Positions 54,122 through 62,516 of a stretch of 64,000 nt of DNA are shown here, piece after piece (position 1 is the stretch's first letter; each line of letters opens with the position of its first letter). Origin of the DNA: Myxococcota bacterium (GTDB lineage: Bacteria; Myxococcota_A; UBA796; SXON01); assembly GCA_040386535.1 (NCBI GenBank), contig JAZKFH010000013.1:64001-128000 (forward strand), given 5' to 3'. A program made the position numbers and the translations under genes. The notes under the pieces are model-generated. The model was not told the DNA's origin. It did no database searches and saw only the letters and a list, made by a program, of their open reading frames with translations.

Positions 54122-54840
54122 TCGCCCAGCCAGGGTTCGCCGCTCGGACCAGCGACCCCTTCGAGCCGCACCAGCGCGTCCAGCGCATCGCCCGAGAGGT
54201 AGGAGAAGGGATCCACCGCGGCGTCGTCGACCTCGGCGTAGACATCGGCGGGCACTGCCTTCTGGAGCCGATCGTCCGCCGCGATCACGATGTCGAGCGC
54301 CCCGGCGGCAAACTCCATCACGTCCCGACGGTCCACCTCCCCGGAGGCGACCGCGGCGTCGACGAAGGCGTTCACCTCGGTCTTGAGCTCGCGGTTCATC
54401 TGGTCCATGGCGTCGGTCACGGCCGCGACCTCCGCGTCCTCGAGCCCGCCCTGCTCCACGAGCGCCGCCAGCGCCTGCGCGCGGCGGGCGTCGAGCGCGG
54501 CGTTCATCGTGTCGCGGAGTTGCTCGGCGTTCGCCGGGGCCTCCGGGATGGCGCCGTCGGTCGGCGGCGCGCCCTCCTCACCGATCTCCGCGACCTCGGC
54601 GTCGTCCGGCCCACCGACGTTCCGCACCTTGCGATCGGCGCCGGAGGCCTCGAACGTGGAGGGATCCGCCCGGAGGATCGACCGGATGCTGTCCGCCGCG
54701 CCGCTCCGGCACGGCTTGCCGCCGGCCGCCTTGAGCGTGTCGAGCTCCGCGCGCATCGAGAGGAGCTCGCCCCGTGGTTGCCACGCGCCGAGGACGATGC
54801 CCGCGACCAGCGCGACCACGGCAGGGAAGAACGGCTTCAA
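54118..54840 (-). CDS. Hypothetical membrane-anchored helical protein, first gene of the ABC operon
   Basis: N-terminal TM (AVVALVAGIVLGAW), acidic helical body; GTGA overlap with the permease. Confidence 0.65.
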   Translation of the reverse strand: MKPFFPAVVALVAGIVLGAWQPRGELLSMRAELDTLKAAGGKPCRSGAADSIRSILRADPSTFEASGADRKVRNVGGPDDAEVAEIGEEGAPPTDGAIPEAPANAEQLRDTMNAALDARRAQALAALVEQGGLEDAEVAAVTDAMDQMNRELKTEVNAFVDAAVASGEVDRRDVMEFAAGALDIVIAADDRLQKAVPADVYAEVDDAAVDPFSYLSGDALDALVRLEGVAGPSGEPWLGE

Positions 54841-55035
54841 CGGGCACCTGGGAGGTCCCACAGTCCTAATCGTTGCGGACGGGCCGCGGCACCCGGCTGC
54901 GCCATCCTGCGACCGGCGCGACATTCCGCGTCGTCGTGCGTGCGTCCGGACCGCGATCGAAATGTCGCGGATGCCCTTGACAGGTAAATAGAACCATGAG
55001 AATCTGTCAGAACGTCTTCCGCGTCCGAGGTTGCC

Positions 55036-56070
55036 ATGCTCCCCGAGTCCCTCCGCTTCCCTCCCGGCGGAAAGCCCTGGTTGTTGTACGGCCTGTTCGG
55101 GGCGAGCCTCGTGCTGAACCTCGCGCTGGCCATCAAGTTCAGCGGCTCGGACGAGCTCCCGCCCGCCGCCGTGCCGGTGGCCGCCGCCCCGATCGGGGAC
55201 GACACGACGGTCTCGAACGCGCCCGTTCCCCCTGAGCTCGTGCCTCCGCTCCCGGAGCCGGAGGGCATCGCGCGCGCGGCGGGCACCCTGGTGTTCTCCG
55301 GCCCCGTCACCAGCTCGCTGTCGGTCACCTTCCAGGAGGCCCCGGCCTCGAACCCCGCCGCGCTCACGGCGGTGTTCGCGCGCCTGTTCGCGTGGGACAT
55401 CGATCTGCGGCGCGATCTGCACAAGGGTGACGTGGTCGAGGTCCTCTACGAGCAGCCCGACGGCGCCGAGCCCCTCGTCCTCGCGGCGCGCCTGCGCAGC
55501 CAGCCCGGTGGGACGACCGAGAAGGTGTACTCGGCGTGGCGCTACCAGGCCCCTGGCGACCGCTTTGCGTCGTACTGGTCCGACACCGGCGAGGAGGTGC
55601 CCCGCCGCCTCATCGACGGCCCGCTGCCCGACTACGAGCAGATCACCAGCCTTTTGAAGGACCGCCCCACCCATGAGGGCATGGACTTCAAGACCCCGAT
55701 CGGCACGCCCATCGTGGCGCCGCGCGCCGGCAAGGTCACCCGAACGAACTGGAACCACGCGGCCAACGGCAACTGCGTCGAGGTGCAGTTCTCCGACGGT
55801 GCGACGGCCAAGTTTCTCCACATGAACGAGAACGCGGTGAAGGACGGCCAGGCCGTCTCCGCGGGCACCGAGATCGGCAAGACCGGCAACACCGGCCGCT
55901 CCACCGGCCCCCACCTGCACTACCAGCTCGAGCGCGGCGGCCGCGTCCTCGACCCCATCGACTACCACGGCACCCTCCGCCGCCAGCTCCCCCCCGACGC
56001 GATGGCCGGGTTCGAGCAGGCGCGCAAGGAGCTCGCGGAGCAGTTGGACGGGCGGTTGGCGTCGCGCTGA
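55036..56070 (+). CDS. M23 family metallopeptidase (MepM-like)
   Basis: N-terminal TM; F.WDID..RDL.KGD; HEGMD (HxxxD) and STGPHLHY (HxH). Confidence 0.92.
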   Translation: MLPESLRFPPGGKPWLLYGLFGASLVLNLALAIKFSGSDELPPAAVPVAAAPIGDDTTVSNAPVPPELVPPLPEPEGIARAAGTLVFSGPVTSSLSVTFQEAPASNPAALTAVFARLFAWDIDLRRDLHKGDVVEVLYEQPDGAEPLVLAARLRSQPGGTTEKVYSAWRYQAPGDRFASYWSDTGEEVPRRLIDGPLPDYEQITSLLKDRPTHEGMDFKTPIGTPIVAPRAGKVTRTNWNHAANGNCVEVQFSDGATAKFLHMNENAVKDGQAVSAGTEIGKTGNTGRSTGPHLHYQLERGGRVLDPIDYHGTLRRQLPPDAMAGFEQARKELAEQLDGRLASR

Positions 56071-56082
56071 GTCGTCGGTAGG

Positions 56083-56366
56083 CCGTCCTGGGCGCGACCC
56101 CGCCCCGAGCGGCGGGGCCGGTCCCCTACGGGCTCGCCCTTCGGGCTCGGTCCGGCGTCGCCCCCAGGGCGGAGCGCCACCGGGACCGGCCGCGCGAGGA
56201 CGCGCAGCCGCCCTCCGGTGCCCTCGCGCGAGGGGGCCAGAGGGCACGGCGCGCGGATGCGCGGCGTGGTCCGGGGCCCGGCGGCGTGAGCCGCCGCCGC
56301 CCCGACGGAGGCCGGAGGCCGACCCCGGCGGACACCGACCTGGGCGTCCGCGCCCAGGTCGCGCCC
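56083..56366. repeat. Highly structured intergenic element (nested inverted repeats) between convergent genes
   Basis: Stems GGCCGGTCCC/GGGACCGGCC, GTGCCCTC/GAGGGCAC, GGCGGC-GTGA-GCCGCC, GCCC-TTCG-GGC and GACCTGGGCG-TCCG-CGCCCAGGTC. Confidence 0.55.
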
Positions 56367-56367
56367 G

Positions 56368-58089
56368 TCAGCGCCGCCGCCGCAACCCCGGCACCATCAG
56401 CGCGATGAAGAGCGGCAGGAAGCGCACGCCGAGCCCCGAGTGCGAGCAGCTGGTGCCGCCTTCGCAGCCGCCGTCCTCGCCGCCGCAGCCCGCATCGTCC
56501 CCGCCACAGCCGCCCGCGTCGTCGCAGCCGAGCTCGGCGCCGATGTCGATGTCGCCGGTATTAAGGCCGCCGTCGTCGCAGCCGATGCTGCCGCCCGCGC
56601 AGCCGGAGAGCTCGATGGGCTCGACGTCCTCGATGTCGAGCACCGCGTAGCCGCCGAGCCAGCTCTCCTCGGGCATCCACCAGATCCAGCCGAGGCCGAT
56701 GCCGCGCCAGGACGGGATGGCGAGCGAGGGGAGCTCGGGGAGGAAGGAGCCGAGGAGCGTCGGGACGAACGCCGCGAGGCCGTCGGAGTAGCCTTCGGGG
56801 AGGAGCTCGTGGTCGTCCTCGACGAAGGTGAGCGCGTCGTCCACGACGATGCCGGGGGTCAGGACGCCGTCCACCAGCGGGAGATCGAGGCCGATCGAGC
56901 CGGCGAGGGTGACGCCGAACACCCGGGTTTCGCGGCCGTCGATCTGGCCGTAGGCGGCGAGGTTCAGGCCGTCGAGGTTGACGCGGAGAGGGGCGCCGTC
57001 CTCCGCGAAGGAGGTGGTGGGCGCGGCGAAGGGGCGCACCGAGAGGACCAGGGGCACGGTGGCCGGGAAGAGCGCCTCCCACGGCTCGCCGAACACGGGG
57101 CCGAACAGCGACGAGTCGAGCGCGGCGCCGCCGAGGTCGGCCACGTCGATGCAGAGCGCGCCGGTCTGGTAGGCGGCGAACAGCACCTGGTCCGCGAACC
57201 CCTGGTTGACGACGGCGGCGGCGTCGTAGGTGAGGGCGTCGTCTGGGGCGAGGCCGTCGAGCAAAGGCCAGGCCGCCGCGCCTGTGGGGACCGTGCCGCC
57301 GGGCACGCAGGTGGACACGACGCTCGGGTTGACCGAGGCGCCGAGGCCGATGAAGAGGCCGTCGGGCGCGATGGCGAAGCTGGACGGGGCGAGGCTGAGC
57401 GCGACGTCACCTTCGCCGAGCGAGAGGGAGGTCTCGATCACCAGGGCGCCGAGCGCATCTTCGAGGGTGGGCTCGATGGTGGCGCCGAGGTCGGCGAGCG
57501 AGGGGGCCACGGCGTCCTCGAGGACCCGCGTGATGAACTCGGGGTCGGTGCCGAGCAGCGTGCCGATGGCGTCGGAGAGGACGCAGCCGTCGAGGGGGTT
57601 GCCGATGGGCGCGAGATCGAAGGTGACGGCGCCGGCGGTCGCGTCGAACACGCCGTCCGCGTAGGTGATGCCGAGGGGGAGGTGCACTTCGAGCGCGACC
57701 GTCGGGAGCTCGACGCTGCACGTCTCCGCGAGGTCGGCGAGCGGGGCGCAGTCGCCGGTGGCGGTGAGGGTCGACGCGGACGAGGAGAGCGCGCCGTACA
57801 CCACGAGCTCGAGCTGGCCCGCGGAAGGGATGAGCTCGACGATCTGGATGTCGAGCTCGAGGGTCAGCGGGGCGAGCGCCCATGCGAGGGTCTGCGTGGG
57901 ATCGGCGTCGTCGCAGGCGAGCTCGCCGGAGAGCCCGCCCACGGGGAAGGCGTCGGGCATGATGCCGGCGATGGCCTGGCCGAGGCGGTCGAACCCGCGC
58001 GTGGAGACGTGGACGCCCACGGCGTTGTCCACGGGGTCGTAGGCGTGCGCGGGCTGCGTGAGGAGGCCGGCGGCGGCGAGGAGCAACAT
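56368..58089 (-). CDS. Secreted protein with BPI/LBP-like pattern and Gly-Cys-rich MYXO-CTERM-like tail
   Basis: AHA-Y signal; two-domain beta-rich body; GC repeats, then a hydrophobic helix and RRRR. Confidence 0.7.
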   Translation of the reverse strand: MLLLAAAGLLTQPAHAYDPVDNAVGVHVSTRGFDRLGQAIAGIMPDAFPVGGLSGELACDDADPTQTLAWALAPLTLELDIQIVELIPSAGQLELVVYGALSSSASTLTATGDCAPLADLAETCSVELPTVALEVHLPLGITYADGVFDATAGAVTFDLAPIGNPLDGCVLSDAIGTLLGTDPEFITRVLEDAVAPSLADLGATIEPTLEDALGALVIETSLSLGEGDVALSLAPSSFAIAPDGLFIGLGASVNPSVVSTCVPGGTVPTGAAAWPLLDGLAPDDALTYDAAAVVNQGFADQVLFAAYQTGALCIDVADLGGAALDSSLFGPVFGEPWEALFPATVPLVLSVRPFAAPTTSFAEDGAPLRVNLDGLNLAAYGQIDGRETRVFGVTLAGSIGLDLPLVDGVLTPGIVVDDALTFVEDDHELLPEGYSDGLAAFVPTLLGSFLPELPSLAIPSWRGIGLGWIWWMPEESWLGGYAVLDIEDVEPIELSGCAGGSIGCDDGGLNTGDIDIGAELGCDDAGGCGGDDAGCGGEDGGCEGGTSCSHSGLGVRFLPLFIALMVPGLRRRR

Positions 58090-58107
58090 GCGCCCATCAT
58101 CGCGGAA

Positions 58108-59808
58108 TCAGGGCGCCGGGTCCACACGATAGAGCGTCGCCTGTACGGTGCCGCCCTCTTCGAGCCGGGCGACCGGGGTGGCGACGACCCCGGCGGTGGT
58201 GGCGGCCGCGGCGACCTTCTTCTCGTCAGGGCTCCAGTTGTAGATCATCGGAGCGCTCGCGCGTACCGACAGGAACCAGCCGCCAGGTGGGGCCGCCGAC
58301 GCGCCTTCCGCGGCCGCGAGGCGCAGGATCGCGGCGGGGTCGGCCGCGCCGACGGAGCGGGCGCCCCACACGTGGGTCACCACGACCTCGGGGGCCCGCG
58401 CCTCGAGCATGCCGTAGAGCTCGTAGTCGCACACGACGAGCCGCGTGACGCCCTGCGCGCGCAACAGTTCCACGAGCGAGGCCTGGCCTGCCTCGGTGAA
58501 GGACGGCGTGCGGATCGTGTTCACGACGCGGTCCGTCTCGGCGAGGTGGAGCGCCCCGGCGAGGACGAACGGCGAGACGAACACCGCCGCGAAGCCGCCG
58601 CGCACGAGCGAACGGGGCGGGGCGAACGCGCCCGCGAGGCGGTCGGCGGCGAGGCCCACGAGCAGGGCGAGCGGCACGGAGATCTGCGCGAGGTGGTGCA
58701 GGTCGCGGTTGGCGAGCGACACGAGGAGCACCTGGAGCGGGACCGCGATGGAGAGGAACCGGAGCAGCGCACCCGAGGCGTTGCGCGCCGGCGAGCGCCA
58801 CTCCATCGTGATGCCGGCCACGGTGCCCGCGAAGCCGACGAGCCGAAGGACCGACAGGGGCGCCACGGCCTCGGCACCGTAGGCGGGCGCGAAGAACGCG
58901 ACCGGGTTGCCGAAGAAGTAGAGCAGGTTGGTGAGCCCCTCCCGCGCGGGAGACGGGCCCGACCAGCCTCGCCACAGGCGCGCGAACTGGAGCCCCAACG
59001 TGTCGTGCGAGACGATGTCGGGGAGCGGGGCGAGCACCTGGTGCACGTTGGCGATCAGGAGCGGCGTGATGGCGAGCAGGGGGATGCCGAGCAGCACGGC
59101 GAGGTGCGCGCGGGGCGGCGGCTTGAGCTCCGGGCGATCCCACCGCGTCACCAGCACGGCGATGCCGTACGCCACGAGCGTGGCGGCGAAGGTGACCTTC
59201 GCGGCGAGCCCGAGCCCCACCCCGAGCGCGATCGCCACGGCGCCGTGGGTGCCGCCCTTCCACCGTCGGCTCCACAGGGCCCAGATCATGAGGAGCGCCG
59301 CGGCCTGCAGCAGGATCTCGGTCCCGCCGAGCACCTTCCGGTAGAAGACGAAGCACCAGTCCGTGGCGAGGACCCAGGCGGCGGCTCCCGCGGCGATGCG
59401 CGTGCCGTGGAACAGGAGGAAACGATGTGCGAGCAAGAGCAGCAGGCCGCCGAGCGCCACATGGGTGACGACGCCCGCGGCGAGCGATCCCGTGAGCGCG
59501 CGCGCGAGCCGGGCAGGCCAGTCCGCCACGCCGCCCGTGTAGGCGTTGATGGCGAGGGGAATCTCGGCCGATCCCAGCACGAGCCGCTCGGTGGGGCGGG
59601 TGCGCGCCGCGCGGAGGAGCCCCGCCTGCTCGGCGCCGCTCACCGGAGGGTCCAACGTGACCAGGACCGTCGGCGGTGCCGGCAACGCCCAGCCGATGGC
59701 GACCTCGCCCACGAGCCCGACCGCGCGTACGGTGACCGAAGCAAGGAGGAGGTAAGCAACGAGCGCGCTCGAGGCCATCAACGCGGATCGGCTGGGGAAC
59801 AGGATCAT
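58108..59808 (-). CDS. GT-C fold (ArnT/PMT-like) multi-pass membrane glycosyltransferase (start uncertain)
   Basis: About 11 TM helices; P.AINAYTGG loop; GLGLAAK.TF motif; soluble C-terminal domain. Confidence 0.65.
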   Translation of the reverse strand: MILFPSRSALMASSALVAYLLLASVTVRAVGLVGEVAIGWALPAPPTVLVTLDPPVSGAEQAGLLRAARTRPTERLVLGSAEIPLAINAYTGGVADWPARLARALTGSLAAGVVTHVALGGLLLLLAHRFLLFHGTRIAAGAAAWVLATDWCFVFYRKVLGGTEILLQAAALLMIWALWSRRWKGGTHGAVAIALGVGLGLAAKVTFAATLVAYGIAVLVTRWDRPELKPPPRAHLAVLLGIPLLAITPLLIANVHQVLAPLPDIVSHDTLGLQFARLWRGWSGPSPAREGLTNLLYFFGNPVAFFAPAYGAEAVAPLSVLRLVGFAGTVAGITMEWRSPARNASGALLRFLSIAVPLQVLLVSLANRDLHHLAQISVPLALLVGLAADRLAGAFAPPRSLVRGGFAAVFVSPFVLAGALHLAETDRVVNTIRTPSFTEAGQASLVELLRAQGVTRLVVCDYELYGMLEARAPEVVVTHVWGARSVGAADPAAILRLAAAEGASAAPPGGWFLSVRASAPMIYNWSPDEKKVAAAATTAGVVATPVARLEEGGTVQATLYRVDPAP

Positions 59809-59929
59809 CGGCGGGGAGGGAATGCGCGGGCCTCGCGAGGCCTTCTCGGGTTGATTCCACCTGGATTCTGCACGGTCCACACCCGGCAGCTATAGTTCGA
59901 TCAGCGCCCCAGCGGCGCGCGGAGCGGCG

Positions 59930-60076
59930 ATGAGCGACAACCGACCCGAGACCCCGTCCAAGAAGCCGCCCGAGCCCAGCCTGCTCGATCAGCTTCGGGA
60001 CCGGCTCGCCGAGTGGATCGACAGCCTCGTGGACCCCCCCATCCCCGTGCCCGTGCCGGTACGGCGCCGTCGGTAG
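59930..60076 (+). CDS. 48-aa small protein (below the ORF-track length cutoff)
   Basis: TATAGT at 59891, GGAG RBS; MSDNRPETPSKKPPEPSLLDQLRDRLAEWIDSLVDPPIPVPVPVRRRR; high GC3 codon use. Confidence 0.6.
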   Translation: MSDNRPETPSKKPPEPSLLDQLRDRLAEWIDSLVDPPIPVPVPVRRRR

Positions 60077-60139
60077 CGCATCCTCGGTCGCGCCTCCCTG
60101 GCGTCGCCGAAACTCCAGCGGTACACCGCGGCAAAAATG

Positions 60140-60174
60140 CGAACCCCCGGGACCTTGCGGTCTCCGGGGGTTCG
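60140..60174 (-). terminator. Rho-independent terminator of the small lipoprotein gene
   Basis: 15-bp stem with one bulge, GCAA loop on the minus strand, followed by CATTTTT. Confidence 0.8.
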
Positions 60175-60212
60175 TCTACGTGCGTGCGCCATCGCTGGCG
60201 CGCGCCGCCGAT

Positions 60213-60326
60213 TTACTCGGCGTTCTCGGCGTTGTCGGCGTTGTCGGCGTCCGTGTCGCCCGAGCAGGCGACGAGGGAACCGGCGAGGGCGGCGATGAGG
60301 GCGAGAACGAGCGCGGGCTTGAACAT
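60213..60326 (-). CDS. 37-aa pre-lipoprotein (17-aa acidic mature lipopeptide)
   Basis: AAGAGGAG RBS; MFKPALVLALIAALAGSLVA-CSGDTDADNADNAENAE; TAA stop; own promoter and terminator. Confidence 0.8.
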   Translation of the reverse strand: MFKPALVLALIAALAGSLVACSGDTDADNADNAENAE

Positions 60327-60408
60327 GGTGATTCTCCTCTTGCGGTGACTCCGGATGGGGATCCGGAGGGCGTGTCGCTGACGAGCATGCGCTTGCAGCG
60401 GCGGGTGG

Positions 60409-60437
60409 ACTATGACCGATCGGATCACGTCCGTCAA
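60409..60437 (-). promoter_or_regulatory. Sigma70-type promoter TTGACG-N17-CATAGT
   Basis: Near-consensus -35/-10 with 17-bp spacer, upstream of the 37-aa gene. Confidence 0.65.
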
Positions 60438-60452
60438 GAGTTCGACACGCGG

Positions 60453-62438
60453 TCACATCAGGAAACGCCGCCGCACAGAAAGGAACATGGTCGTCAGCAG
60501 CGCGAGGATGGCCAGGGGTGCGGGTCCCGGGCCCGTGGCGCATCCGCAGCCGTCCGTGTCGGCCGCGACGATCTCCTCGTCACAGCCCTCGTCGTAGGTG
60601 CCGTCACAGTTGTTGTCCGCGTTGTCGTCACAGAGCTCGACGGCGCCCGGGTACACGGTGCTGCGGCTGTCGTCACAGTCGGTGCCGCCGGACACGAACG
60701 ACGGGTCGCCGTCACGATCCGCGTCGTAGTTGTCGGTGCCGTTGCAGTCCTGGTCGATGAAGTCGTCCGGCGTGTCGATGTTGCCGAAGAACACGCTCGG
60801 GTTGGCGTCGTTGCAGTCGCCCTGCTCGGGTGTCTGCCCGTCGGCGTCGGCGTCGACGCGCAGCTCGTCGTCGTCGGCGAGGCCGTCACAGTCGTCGTCC
60901 ACGCCGTCCGTCGGATCGGCGGCGTCCACGTGGGCGGCCGGATCGGTGTCGTCACAGTCGTCCACCGAGTCGAAGTGCCTGTCGCCGTCGAGGTCCTCGC
61001 CGGTCGCGTCATCGGGGAGGCCGTCACAGTCGTTGTCGACGCCGTCGTTCTGCGCGATGTCGATCGCCGCCGGGTACCGGTCGGCGCGAGTGTCGTCACA
61101 GTCGCCGCCGAGCTCGGTGAACCCGTCCCCGTCGTCATCCCCCGTGGCCGTGCCCTCGTCCGTCGCGCCGTCGCAATCGTTGTCGGCGGCGTCCATGATC
61201 TCGGGGGCGCCCGGCCAGGTCACGACGTTGTGTTCATCGCAGTCCGTGGAGGCGGGAAAACCGTCATGGTCGAGGTCGATGTCGACCGGCACGTCGGTGT
61301 CGACATCGGTGTCGACGACATCCGTGTCGCCCGTGTCGTCCTCGACGTCGGTGTCGCCGCCGGTGTCGACCGGGATGTCCTCGTCCACGATCCCGTCACA
61401 GTCGTTGTCCTTGTCGTCCTCCCGTTCGGTCGCGTAGACGTACGAGGCGGCGTCGTGATCGTCGCAGTCGAACACCACCGGGTAGCCGTCGGCGTCGCGA
61501 TCGCGCCACCCCGCCTCGCTGCCGCCGAACGCGCCGAGGTCGGCGACGCTGCCGTCGGGATCGGTGCCCGTGCCCGCGTTCCGCATCGGCGACGTGGCGG
61601 TGGGGCGCAGATCGATCTGCTCGAAGGGGAGGGTGGGGCTCCAGCTCGCGAAGCGCGGGTCCGCCACCGTGACCGCGGAGAGCGGCGTGCCGGTACAACC
61701 CGAGGCCGAGGCCGTCGTGTACGCGATCCCGTTCGGGACGGTGAGCGCAAAGCCGTTGAAGCAGCGCAGCACGAGCGGGTTGTCGAGGAACGCCGAGTTG
61801 CTGACCGTCGAGCCGAACAGCGCGCCGGTCGCGCTCGTCGAGGTGCCGACGGCGACGAGGTTGGTGGCGACGCTCGCCTCGGTCTCGAAAACGAACCCCC
61901 ACGCGCCGCCGATGGCGACGTTGTTGCGCACGGTCGAGGCCGACTTGAACGCGAACCCGTAGTTGGTCGGGTGGTAGCTCACCGAGCGCTGGACGATGGG
62001 GTCCCCGCCGGTGACGATGAAGGAGGTGAGGCCGGCGTTCCACACGCCGATCTCCTCGATGAGCGGGGTGCCGCCCTGCACCAGCAGGCCGTAGGTCGCT
62101 GGGCTCTTGATGTAGAGCTCGCGCAGGGTCGGCGATCCGCTCGCGATGACGATGGCGGTGGCCGGCGCGGGCGAGAGGGTGAAGCCCTCCAGGGCGCCTC
62201 GATCGAGCCGGACGCTCGTGGTGGCTGCCAGCGTGGTCACCGCCGGGCCGTCGGCGGAGATCACCGTCAGGTTGCGGCCGCGCAGGTCGAGATCTTCGGC
62301 GTAGGTGCCTGCCTGTACGCGGATGGTGTCGCCGTCGGTCGCGGCGGAGACGGCCGCGTTGATCGTGGCGTACGCGGCGGTCGGCCCGACCTCGAGGGTG
62401 GCGGCGCGCGCGCTGGAGAGCAGGAGGAGCAGGGTCAT
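60453..62438 (-). CDS. Surface protein: beta-helix (pectin-lyase-like) domain, 6 MopE-like repeats, MYXO-CTERM
   Basis: Y.TI.AAV.AA..GDTI.V..GTY.E beta-helix cap; DPDGS.AD.GAFGG; six DCD..DNDCDG repeats; GCGC, TM helix, RRR. Confidence 0.85.
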   Translation of the reverse strand: MTLLLLLSSARAATLEVGPTAAYATINAAVSAATDGDTIRVQAGTYAEDLDLRGRNLTVISADGPAVTTLAATTSVRLDRGALEGFTLSPAPATAIVIASGSPTLRELYIKSPATYGLLVQGGTPLIEEIGVWNAGLTSFIVTGGDPIVQRSVSYHPTNYGFAFKSASTVRNNVAIGGAWGFVFETEASVATNLVAVGTSTSATGALFGSTVSNSAFLDNPLVLRCFNGFALTVPNGIAYTTASASGCTGTPLSAVTVADPRFASWSPTLPFEQIDLRPTATSPMRNAGTGTDPDGSVADLGAFGGSEAGWRDRDADGYPVVFDCDDHDAASYVYATEREDDKDNDCDGIVDEDIPVDTGGDTDVEDDTGDTDVVDTDVDTDVPVDIDLDHDGFPASTDCDEHNVVTWPGAPEIMDAADNDCDGATDEGTATGDDDGDGFTELGGDCDDTRADRYPAAIDIAQNDGVDNDCDGLPDDATGEDLDGDRHFDSVDDCDDTDPAAHVDAADPTDGVDDDCDGLADDDELRVDADADGQTPEQGDCNDANPSVFFGNIDTPDDFIDQDCNGTDNYDADRDGDPSFVSGGTDCDDSRSTVYPGAVELCDDNADNNCDGTYDEGCDEEIVAADTDGCGCATGPGPAPLAILALLTTMFLSVRRRFLM

Positions 62439-62516
62439 CGCCGCATCGTAGCAGTTGACGTCTTCTGCGCGGGGCGGTAACGGCTACCCCTCGCGGAGCG
62501 GGCCCTGTACGCGCGG

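Noticed and set aside
60540..61480. Periodic GTCACAGTCG repeats as a CRISPR array
   Set aside because: They encode DCD motifs of protein repeats; no fixed repeat-spacer structure or cas genes.
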